A stretch of 64,000 nt of DNA from Convolutriloba macropyga (lineage: Eukaryota): assembly GCF_964194025.1 (NCBI RefSeq), contig NC_134480.1, positions 11,966,001-12,030,000 on the forward strand, in the 5' to 3' direction. Positions 51,965 through 62,300 of the stretch are shown one piece after another. The notes under the pieces were generated by a model. The model had not been told where the DNA came from. It did not search any database and was given only the letters and a program-made list of their open reading frames with translations. The translations under genes and the position numbers were made by a program. Position 1 is the stretch's first letter. The number at the start of each line of letters is the position of its first letter.

Positions 51965-52930
51965 AATTGAATTTGGGATGGATTTTTATTGACCGCATCT
52001 AACAGCTTTTTTGTGTCACCTATAACTGTTCTCACAATATCGTCGACATATCTTGGAAAAACTTTAGTTTAGGACGAATGGTTAATGTCAGTCTGATCGT
52101 TTTCACAGCAGAATGAGCACATCCAGAACTGGTTTTCCATGCTATCATTTTCCGTGTCACTGATTTGCTCACATTTTGCGTTGAACCATCTATTGAAAAT
52201 TTGACACTCAACGCCCCCGGAACGTGCTGTCACACGGTGTTCGTAATTGTGACAAGTGCTAGATTGTTTGTTGGTTTTGCATTCAGGTGTCTGTAATTTC
52301 AGTTGTGGCTCCCACTATTTCATCCAAAGATTTACCAAAATCACTGCCAAGGACGCAGCCATTGCGAAACCGTCTTTCTGACAGTACCAACTTTCATTGA
52401 ATTTGAAATGGACGTCGGCGATAGCTAATTCGAGCAGTCGCTTCATTGTTGTTCAATGTATGTCTGGTTTATCGTCCCTAGCATCACAGGGCAATATTAA
52501 TGGCTTCCTTTACGGGAACGTTGGTGTACAAACTTTTTACAAATTATAATAGGATTTGTTCGTTTTTTTCAAGTTTTATTTGCTCCAGAGTCTTTCGTGC
52601 GTCATTGGTGTTAGTTTCTATGTTTGCTCCTCCAATCTTTTGGAAAAAGGGTGTACGAGACTTGTTGAGTTTATGGTAACAACTTGCCGGGATAGAGAGA
52701 ACAGGTCTTAGAGAGGTTTCTTTTTGTGTACTTTAGCTAATCCATACATCCGTGCCGGTTGTGCTCCAGTGGACCTTAAAGCTTCGTAAACCTTAACCGG
52801 TATCTTCTTTTTTCCCCTCATATCCAAAAAGTCTTTGTTTTGATCTTTTTCATTTTTCATTACGATATTATCACAACTCTTTTCAAGTTTTCTGAACTCT
52901 TCGCAATCTAACCAGTTTTTCTGCGTACGA
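51965..52930 (-). mobile_element. Penelope-like element RT core with an in-frame PHD finger; decayed
   Basis: PARMYGLAKVHK, PLRPVLS, KSLYTNVPVKEAI, QKDGFAMAASLAVIL, a Cys-rich insert, then RYVDDI and IQF; premature stops and frameshifts present. Confidence 0.88.
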
Positions 52931-53003
52931 AATTGCAAATCACTAAAATCACTCTTTCCAGGAAATTTAAAACGAATTTTTACATATCTACAGCCGTATC
53001 TAC

Positions 53004-53480
53004 AAATTTTTACATCTGAGTAAATACATATTTTCGATTGGATGTAGCAGATGAATATCGACATGTTTTTATTAAAAACCTACATATCTTGCTTTAAACT
53101 TACTTTGGTTTTGTAATGGTCAAGTTGAAATTTCCGTTTCATAACGTGTCTTTCTTTCAAGATGGATTTTCATCTCCAAACTAAGCTTCAAAATAAGCTC
53201 CAAACTGAAAGCTTAGTTTGGAGATAAAATCCAAGTTGAAAGAAAGACACGTTATGAAACGAAAAAGACGAAAAGACACGTTATGAAAGCTTAGTTTGGA
53301 GATAAAATCCAAGTTGAAATAAAGACACGTTATGAAACGAAAAGACACGTTTCAACTTTAAAATTGAACAAAACCAAAGTAAGTTTAAAGCAATATATGT
53401 AGGTTTTTTAGTAAAAAAACATGTCGATATGCATCTGCTACATCAAATCGAAAATGTATATTTACTCAGATGTAAAATTT
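53004..53480. mobile_element. Foldback element / long palindrome, ~185-bp arms
   Basis: TTTTACATCTGAGTAAAT...CTCCAAACTAAGCTT mirrored by AAGCTTAGTTTGGAG...ATTTACTCAGATGTAAAA; ~78-bp tandem duplication in the right arm. Confidence 0.85.
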
Positions 53481-54599
53481 TCGGAACACTAAACTTTATG
53501 TTCTGGCTTTCCACATTAGCATTTTGTTTTATGTATAACCAGACGATGAACTCAGAGTTCGAAGGAAGGTTTTAAATTGACAATCCTTTTTTAAATCTTA
53601 AAATGATGTTCGTCGTTTCTGCTGTTTTCCAAAATTTTTGCTCTATTTTTTGCCAATTCTGGTAATATTTGGTATCAATAGTTTTATTGATTTGCCTTAG
53701 AGCAGGGTTGTTGACGCATTTGATCCGAAATTTTGATTTCAAAATTTGCTGATTGTTTCAAAATTAATCCTTTTTTCACCAAAAATGGCAGCAACTATAT
53801 TTCTTTAGCGCCTCTTTATGAAAGCGCCTCTTTCTCTTTCACTTTCTTCAAAAGTATTCTGAAATAAAAATTTTAATGATTTTTTTCAAAGTTTGTCTTA
53901 ATTCTTCCGACCCCACTTGTGGGGGGGGAGAGGAACTATACACTCAAAGAGAGAATGTGAGTGGTATCATTAAAAAGCTGGTCCAGCGTAGAATTCAAAA
54001 TTGAAAAGTTTTTTTTATTTTCTTTTTTTTTCCGAGGAATTATCGAGGATTGAAATTTTGTGTGAACACGGGACGTTTGATCACTTTTAGTGTGATTTTT
54101 CTTTCAAATTAAGATATTTCCTAAAAAAATAGTATTTCAAACTTAATTTTCTTGCCAAAAAATGAATCAATTTCGTGTTCCTAATATGATAAAGGCGAAA
54201 AAAACGATTATTTCTGGACTCATAGGGAGCTGCTTCAAAATAAAAAAAATTCGAAATCTATCTGAGAGCTCTTTTTTTATAAAAAAAATTCTACTTTTTT
54301 TTTGTTTTTCTAAGTCACCTAGAGACAAGTCACTTTTCATATCGAGGTTCCGTTAATGACAAACTTCCTTTACAGTCAAAGGAAGCCAATGAACAAAAAA
54401 ATCGTTTTCAAGGAACTCCTAATGTTTTTTATTAAATTCGACTCTGAGTTTTGGTAATTTTTAATAAAATTTTGAATTTCTTTTTGAAGTTCTACTAATT
54501 TTTTGGAGTCTTATGGCACGAACTCATTGACTAACAGTGCAATATATTCCGTAATGAGATTTAAGTGAGCATATCTAGTGCTTTGAGTGGACAGCTAAT

Positions 54600-56430
54600 G
54601 GCTGTTAAGACTGTAAGAGTTTAAAAAAATTTCGGAAATTTTTTCGAACATTAAATAATCATATATTTTTTATCGTGAATATTATGACATTCTCTGTGAT
54701 GAGAGCACCCTCTTCCGTCCTACTGTAACCAAATTTGGTCTGTAATATGACTTCAATGATACAAGATTTCGAAAAGTTTTAAATTTCTTTTTTTGAATAT
54801 TTCCGTATTATTGGTTACTTTTTAAATCTTATAATATTATCATAAAACTGACAGCTCCTATTGGCTTAAAGAAGACGTTCAGTGGATAACAAATAAATTT
54901 TTCAGAGAAAAGCCTATGGTTTCAAATGGCTTCGACATTTTCTTCTCGCACATCTCTAGTGATTTTTTGGTTTTTGCCTGATTTTGTTGTTGTTCACAGA
55001 ATCATAAGACTTGTTGTGATGTCTTGTTGATCACTTATGCATAGCAAACATCCCGATAGTCCTATTGAAGCATATTTGAGCCTATTGAAGCACTTTTTTT
55101 GACGTCCGTTGAAATTTATTGAGTTTAATGCCTGTTAAGAATTTAGAAATAAGTTTTCAAAAATTTTTTTGAACATTAACCAATCTTTAAATTTTGTGAA
55201 CTGTTAGTCAATCGCAGTATTGACAGAACCCATTTGATTTCTACCGAAACTTAAATAATTTTTGTTTGCGATTTTATCTTCTAACTATTGATTATATGAC
55301 TTCAACAACACAAGAATTCAAAATTTAAAAAAAAATGGATATTTTCGTATTATTGGTTACTTTTGATGTCTTATCATATTATCCAAATATTTTACAGATT
55401 ATGCAAATATTTATCAATCCCATTGGCTTGTAAAAGACATTCAGAGGATCACAGATAAAGTTTTCAGAGAAAAGCTAATCGTTTAAATGGCTTCAAATTT
55501 TTCTTCGACTTTTCTGTTGAATTTTGGTCTTCGCCTGTTTTTGTTGTTGTTTTCCTAGTCTTAAGACTTATTGTGATCTCTTATTGATTATCTATGCATG
55601 ACAAACATTTTTTTTCCATTGTTTTTTTCACGAGGGTAGTTTTTGGCCTCCGTTAAAAGCTTTGGCGTTTAAGGGTTGTTAAATTTGGGAAAACGTTTTT
55701 CGAATTTTTTTTGAACATTAACCGGTCCTAAACTATTTTCGTGGACTGTTAGTCAGTTTTAGTACTTGCATGATCCATTTTTATTTCTAGTGCAGCCAAA
55801 TTTAATCTGGTGAGCGTTTTCATCTTCTAACTATTAGTTGTTTAAACTTCAATACCACTAGTTTTCATACATTATTTTAAACTTTCGCTTAATTCTTCTT
55901 ATTTTTGGATCCTTTTGAAATCTTATCACATTATCCTAATACTGATGGTTCTTATTGGTTTAGGGAAGACGTTTAATGGATCATATATAAAGTTTTCAGT
56001 AAAGAACTTATGATTTAAATTGCTTCGACACTTTCTTCTGGCACTTTTCTATTAAATTTTTTATTGTTGCCTGTTTTTTTTGTTATTTTCATCTTCATTA
56101 ACTTGTTGTAAGTTGTTGTTTTTGACACAATATGATTGGCAAACAAAGTTGTTGTCGCGTGGAGGCATAATTTAGCGTATTTAATGGATTCCGTTGAAAG
56201 CTAGTGAAATTAATGGCTTTGATATTACAAGTTTTCTCAAAAATTTCATGGTTCTAATGTATTTGTTCATATTTGATTTTTTGAAACTGTATTGATAAAA
56301 AAGAAGAATGACATTGCTGTAAAGAAATTAATTAACATATAAAGTTTTAAGTGAAAAATTCGTTTTCTAATGCCTTCGACACTTTTCTTGCTCAAATTTT
56401 TTTTTAGAAAGGGCTGTTTTTGCCTGTTTT
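54600..56430 (+). repeat. Diverged ~530-560 bp tandem repeat, about 3.3 copies
   Basis: Block ATTGG.TT...AAGAC.TT.A..GGAT...TTTTCAG..AA...GCTTC recurs at ~54860, ~55420 and ~55955, partly at ~56370. Confidence 0.7.
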
Positions 56431-56999
56431 TGTTCTTTAGGTAGCCGTAAATTGCTGACAAGTCTCTTAAGCTTGTAGTTGAGGATTGAACAAATGAAGT
56501 TACCCGAATCAGTTATTCAGTTTATAGCCTTTAGTCTTAAAGTTTAGGATATACATTTTCAAACATTTTCAGTTTTGGTTGTTCTTTTCGTCAAATTGTA
56601 ACATATTTTCATCAATGAGAGGTCATATCCAATTTCTTTTTTTCCAAAAAATAACATATCTACAGATATTAATTGTCACCTATGCTTTGTTTGTTGGAAA
56701 ATATGCGTTTTTATAAACGTTTTTTTTGTGGTCATTTCTTGCGCTTCTCTTCTTTCAGAACAATCGCGAAGTAACAGATCCCAATGGTTTACAAATGTGG
56801 CCCAAATAAACTTATTTAATCTCTCAGTATAATTCCTGCAGTTGAGTTTGTGGAAACAAGATTTGAATTAAAAATACATAATTTTCAGATAATAGCTAAT
56901 GATTTTAATGGTAGCAATAGTTTGTGTTTTCGCAAATCGTTTCTAATTTTTTCGGTTTTTCTTTTGTTCGTTTCTAAGTTTTAAAAGACAAGGCCATTT

Positions 57000-58632
57000 G
57001 GTTTTTTAGTAACTTCTTTGTAATTTATCGTGAATTATTAAGTTAAAAGCTCATGATTTTTAAGACTTTTGAAATTTCTTGATTTAAAAAATGTTGATTA
57101 ATTTTTGACTTTCGCCTCATTGATCGTTCTCTGTGTTGACTTGTAACTTAGTCTCGTTAATAAAACTTGCCATCCGCTGTATAAATAGGAGAAATTAAGT
57201 TTGAGTAGTTGAGTTTTTATCTGACTGCATTTTCACGTTGTTACTATGTGCTCTTAAAGTTAGATATTAAGTTTTTGCCGTGATGTCTTCGTTTTTGCTT
57301 TGTTTGTTTGGTTGTTTTTTTTGTCTTGTAGTCTCTTTAAGGTCAGATCTCATTGGCGTTGTAATAATGCACGGCATTATGTAATTCAATTAGTAGATGG
57401 GTTGTGTAAGGATTGTTTTAAACTCAAACATCTATTTTTGTTATTTCTTCATTTGGTTGACAATTAAGTCAAAATGTAGATGAGGTCGGGTCGGAACATC
57501 ATGTGCGACCGCACATTAACGAGCCGCCTTGTTTAACTCATTATTCAAATTGCATTATTTACTTTTGATATATTGAAATTTTGCTGGCTAAATTATCTAT
57601 TTCGGTTACATTTGAAAACATTGCTTGCTGTTATCAGACAGGCAGCGTTTTCCAGGTTAGTTTTGTACTCATCGTGGTTTCTGTCAATGAAAAATTTTTG
57701 TAATTCTTTGAAACTAATTTGCCGTTTTTGCTATGCCGTTTTTGAAAATAATTTGCCTTTTTTTATATGTTTATTACAGACCAGAATTGTTTCCTCTCAA
57801 ACTTCACTTACTGACAGCCCACCTGAGAAAGGGACCCAATTACCATATGTTATTATTTCAGAGAAAATTTTTTGGTTCTCATGGCTTCCACTAAAGGTGT
57901 TTTCGAAAACTGAATTTGCCCGCATTTGTTTTTCTTTTACAGTCTTTTGTCTAAGTTTCAGTACTAAAAGATGCAGTTGACTAATAATTTTCAGATGCTG
58001 TTTTGACTTTCGCCTGGTTTTATCTGATGCCATTTTGTCTGTAAAAAATATTGGTTTCGGTCGTAATTAACGTATGTTTTCGTTCATTAAATTTCATTGG
58101 CGGATCTCATCAGCTCTCCATGGTGGTATTATTCATTTCGTTGCCTCAGAAATGACCAGTCCCATTGGTTCCGATAGAGTTACATAAGAATCGTAACTTG
58201 AATGGAGTTACATGGAGTTGATGTGACTGCGCTTTTTTTGTTTTGACTTGTTAGCGAGTCCCATTACGGACACGTCCCATCTTTGATGTGAAGTACAAGT
58301 TGATTTGTTCATTTTAGGTTTTATCTGAGGCTATCTTGACTTTTTAAGGGTTTTTAAAACATAGATATTGAATTTGACGGGAATTTATGGTTTGTTTGTC
58401 CTGTCTTGTAGTTTCATCAATGGCATGCGTCATCGGCTCTCTAATGCGGTGTTATTCTTTTCTTTTAGTGCTTTGCGTTTAAAACTTATTTTAGCTCATT
58501 AACCAAATAATTTCGAACAGTGCGTGTGTTTTGTATTTTTCTCTCTTCCTCATTTGGTCGAAAATCAAGTAAAAAATGTGGATAAGCATAGGCGAAACAT
58601 TATACGCGAGCACACATTACCGAGCCTCCTAG
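57000..58632 (+). mobile_element. Two tandem non-autonomous Helitron-like copies (3' ends at 57531 and 58632)
   Basis: ATGTGCGACCGCACATTAACGAGCCGCCTTG|T and GCACACATTACCGAGCCTCCTAG|T, matching the copy at 12092 (-). 5' ends not defined. Confidence 0.55.
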
Positions 58633-58785
58633 TCAACTGTGTAATTGCAAGTATTTTGTAACAAAGGGTGCATAATGTACTGAAGCCAAGTAGCGGAAAA
58701 TGTCTCAAACGTCTGCTGTGCACATTAGTGTTGCTAGCGACATGCTTTCGATTTTGCTATCAAACTTCTGTTACTAGATTCTGTT

Positions 58786-59781
58786 ATGGATTATAACTCA
58801 GAGTTTGACAGCGACGTGGAAGGGGTTAATAGAAAACGGAAAAGGGAGTTGCAAAATGAAAAGAGGCCCGTAGTTACAGAGCATCTGCCATCTCACTTTG
58901 TATCTGGCTCAAGTCATTCAAAAGTGCACCATAGTCGAGCTTCATTAGATTTTGATAAAGAAGAGGCTTCGAGGCACAGACAGCAGTTTCTTTCACTAAA
59001 TGCATTTGACCGTCACAAAAAGCTAGTTAATGATTATTTAAAGTTTTACGGTGGAAAGCGGAGCGATTTCAAACGTGACACTCGCTTTGATAAATCAGAT
59101 TTAGACGTTATTCGGGAAAACGTTAAATTTGTCTACAGTGACGACGAAGCTGAGTCGGAACTGTCTGATTGGAACGAGAGAATTGCCAAGCGTTACTGGG
59201 ATAAACTCTACAAGGAGTATGCTATAGCCGATTTAACATACTTCAAAACTGGTCAAATAGGAATGCGTTGGAGAACTGAAAAAGAGGTAGTTTCAGGCAA
59301 GGGACAATTCGAATGTGGAAACAAATTTTGCGCTGAAATTGAGAGTCTTGAGTCATGGGAGGTCAATTTTTCGTACAAAGAGGGCGATAGCGTTAAGAAT
59401 GCTCTTGTCAAGCTGCGGTTGTGCGCTGACTGTTCTTTCAAACTCAACTACAAAAAACAACATCAAAAATCGAAGGCTATCAAACGCGAAGTTGAGGCCA
59501 GAGAGAAGAAATCAAAGAAGAAACACAAAAAGCACAAAAAAGAGGAGAAAAAGCGTTTGAAGCGAGAACAAAGTTCTGATGATGATGATAAGAGATCTGA
59601 AGGCAATAGTAATGATAAAGCAGAAACTTCTCGAAGTTTGTCAGAAGAATCACAAGAAAAGAAAGAAGCGGAGCCAGAAAATATTTGGGTTAAGAAAGCA
59701 GACGAAGAGAAGAATCTGCTTGACGACGAAAATAATATTGATGAAGATATCGATAATTACTTTTTAGACATGTTGTCTTGA
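58786..59781 (+). CDS. FRA10AC1: Protein FRA10AC1 homolog (spliceosome-associated), 331 aa, single coding exon
   Basis: AFDRHKKLVNDY, DLDVIREN..F, W..RIAKRYWDKLYKEYAIADL, MRWRTEKEVVSGKGQFECGNKFC, SWEVNFSY.E...KNALVKLRLC..CS.KLNY, Lys-rich tail and acidic C-terminus. Confidence 0.95.
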   Translation: MDYNSEFDSDVEGVNRKRKRELQNEKRPVVTEHLPSHFVSGSSHSKVHHSRASLDFDKEEASRHRQQFLSLNAFDRHKKLVNDYLKFYGGKRSDFKRDTRFDKSDLDVIRENVKFVYSDDEAESELSDWNERIAKRYWDKLYKEYAIADLTYFKTGQIGMRWRTEKEVVSGKGQFECGNKFCAEIESLESWEVNFSYKEGDSVKNALVKLRLCADCSFKLNYKKQHQKSKAIKREVEAREKKSKKKHKKHKKEEKKRLKREQSSDDDDKRSEGNSNDKAETSRSLSEESQEKKEAEPENIWVKKADEEKNLLDDENNIDEDIDNYFLDMLS

Positions 59782-60740
59782 TTGAATTTGCATCCCCCTA
59801 TCACCATACCATCAATTGTTTTATCAAATTCTGTCAAGAATTTTAGTGAAAAGCTCTATTCAAAGAAAACCCCTTGTAAGTCTTCAAATCGTGACATCCT
59901 TTTGCTGTCTGATCTGTGGGGTCGAGCCCGCTTTGTTTTTACAGAGTTGTGGTACATTTCCCGTCCGGTCAATGTCTCAAAGAGTGTTTTCAGACGCCGT
60001 GGCACCGTTGATGCTTTCGAACCAAATACACGTTGTTTTGCAGTCAATTATCTAAACTGGCGGCACGACACGCCGAGCAGAAGTTTGACGTTACACTTAA
60101 AGTTTCTTTTTCTAAAAAAACTTGAAAATGAAGCAAAATAAAACAACTTAGCTTTGTTCATCCAGCTTTTTTTGATTGACTTTGTCTCTCTCTGTATATT
60201 TCTCTCATCGAAAACAATGGTTTTCTGAATGATCAATTCTGTATTTTATTTATTCGAAAACAATTAATTGCAATTTTTATTGGCAATCACCTTGAAGGCT
60301 ATCCTGTGTTAATATCGAGAAGATCTTCAGTTCATGGAACGTAATCCGTGCAATATTTCGTTCAACACAGGACGAGTAGCACTCGTGATTTCCCTGGAAC
60401 TGTAATCTAGATTACTCTGATGATACTAACAGCTTGCGGTTGTTCTGTTGACTGACCTGCGGTCCAGTAGTGCAATAAAAATGAACAATGAAGCAACTGA
60501 AAGAGAAATTTTGTAAGCCTACATCATTCTATGAAGTGAAACAAAAACAATTTAAGTTCAAGAACTAGTTTTGATAGTAGAAGTTTATCCTGAGCACGGG
60601 AATCCGTATCAATTTGAGGTGCACTGACAATTTAAAGATTCTAGATTCTTGCGGTGTGATCAATAAATTTTAAAGCGCTAGCAACTTCGATATTTCTCTA
60701 GAAATTAAATTAGAAACTTCTGTTTCAGATAGTTTGTTTT

Positions 60741-62300
60741 ATGATGTTCAAAAAGCTAAACACTGATTTTGTGTCCACTCCTTCGCGTGAAAAATCAGAT
60801 GAGGAAAAATACTGGGATCAGTACCGACATCCTCTAAACTTGCGACTTCATTCCAGAGTTCATGCTATCAAATTCCTCAATCTTTCCTCCAAATCTTTCC
60901 TATGCGCCAGTTCGAACAAATTGGAATGTTATGAATCCCGAAATGGCGAGTCGGTGGCGTATTTTTTCAAGGAAAAGGTCACGTGTTGCGATATCAGGAA
61001 GGATGATTCCATGTTCGTAGGAGGGGACGAGAAAGGATATGTCAGGATTTTCGGTGCGAAGCAGAAGAAACCGTTGCGTATGATCAAAGCACATGATTTG
61101 ACTGTTACTAATGTTAAGTTCTCAGATAATAAACGAAGTTTGATCACGTGTTCTACAGATTTTAAGGCAAAAATTTTCGACATAGCTACCAGTGAAAATA
61201 AGTTTTCTTACGATCAGTTTAAAGATAAAGCGACGTGTTTGGATGTTAAAGGGAATTCCAATGACGAAAATTGTTTTATTTGCGGATCTTACGACAAGAC
61301 GGTTCGGATCTTTGATACCCGAGAACCGACCCCAGTTGTTTCAACTATTGACCACGGGGAAGGCGTTGATACTGTAAAGACATTTGCTAATGGGACCCTA
61401 TTTGCTTCGGGCGGTGGAAGAATTGTCAAAATTTGGGACATGCGAAAAAACACAGAACCTATCAAAATGTTGGCCGACCATCATAAGCATATTATGGATC
61501 TATCTGTCAATTCTGACGAAACGCGAATTTTGAGTGCTGGAATTGATCGGTTGGTGAAAATTTATTCTACCGGATCTTTCGAATGTTTGCATACGCTTAC
61601 GTACCCAGCGCCCATTTTGACATTTGACGTTGCAAAAGATGACAAATATTTAGCGGTCGGGATGTCTGACGAAACAGTGTCGGTCAAAATTAAGGTCGAA
61701 CAACAATCCGTAGAAGATAAAATTGTACCTATTTTTTCCGAAAGAAAGCGAAAAGTTCTAGAGAAAACCGAGTTTCACATTGCTAACAACAAAACTCAAA
61801 TTAAGCATCTCAAAAAAGAAAAAGAAAATAAAACCGAGGTCTTTTTGAGGCAGTTCAAGCACACAGAAGCCCTAAAAGCTGGAATCCAGTCTTTAAGAGG
61901 TAAGAAGTCGGAGGAGTTTTATGCATTGCTATTCGAACTCGAAAGACGTGACGTTCTGGATACGTGTTTAACTGGCATTGGTTTGACAGATATGACTGCA
62001 TTGTTACGTTTTATCCACGAATCTCTGGGAAACCCGACGATGTTTGATTTGTCGGTTACCATTTATGAAAAGATATTGACTTTACATGGTGGTAACATTG
62101 ATTTTGTGAATAATCAAGATGTTAATAAAATCCTGAAATCAAGTTTGCAAAAAGTGAAGAACAGATTAAAACTTTCTCGCGATATGACGACATTTGCTTC
62201 TCAGCTTGAAATGTTGGAAAGTGCAATGTTTAATTATTACCAAGATGATTTGCCTAAATCGTTTGAGCTTAAATCTGATAAATTAGACGAAAAATTTTAA
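60741..62300 (+). CDS. UTP15: U3 snoRNA-associated protein 15 homolog (WD40 repeats plus UTP15 C-terminal domain), 519 aa, single coding exon
   Basis: N-terminal EKYW..Y..P, WD repeats (GSYDKTVRIFDTR, SGGGRIVKIWDM, HHKHIMDL, LSAGIDRLVKIY, YPAPIL, LAVGMSD) and helical C-terminus (LRQFKHTEAL, ELERR). Confidence 0.9.
   Translation: MMFKKLNTDFVSTPSREKSDEEKYWDQYRHPLNLRLHSRVHAIKFLNLSSKSFLCASSNKLECYESRNGESVAYFFKEKVTCCDIRKDDSMFVGGDEKGYVRIFGAKQKKPLRMIKAHDLTVTNVKFSDNKRSLITCSTDFKAKIFDIATSENKFSYDQFKDKATCLDVKGNSNDENCFICGSYDKTVRIFDTREPTPVVSTIDHGEGVDTVKTFANGTLFASGGGRIVKIWDMRKNTEPIKMLADHHKHIMDLSVNSDETRILSAGIDRLVKIYSTGSFECLHTLTYPAPILTFDVAKDDKYLAVGMSDETVSVKIKVEQQSVEDKIVPIFSERKRKVLEKTEFHIANNKTQIKHLKKEKENKTEVFLRQFKHTEALKAGIQSLRGKKSEEFYALLFELERRDVLDTCLTGIGLTDMTALLRFIHESLGNPTMFDLSVTIYEKILTLHGGNIDFVNNQDVNKILKSSLQKVKNRLKLSRDMTTFASQLEMLESAMFNYYQDDLPKSFELKSDKLDEKF

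Noticed and set aside
59782-60141. 119-aa ORF right after the FRA10AC1 stop (readthrough or second cistron)
   Set aside because: TTG start, no recognisable homology, and FRA10AC1 already ends with a normal C-terminus.
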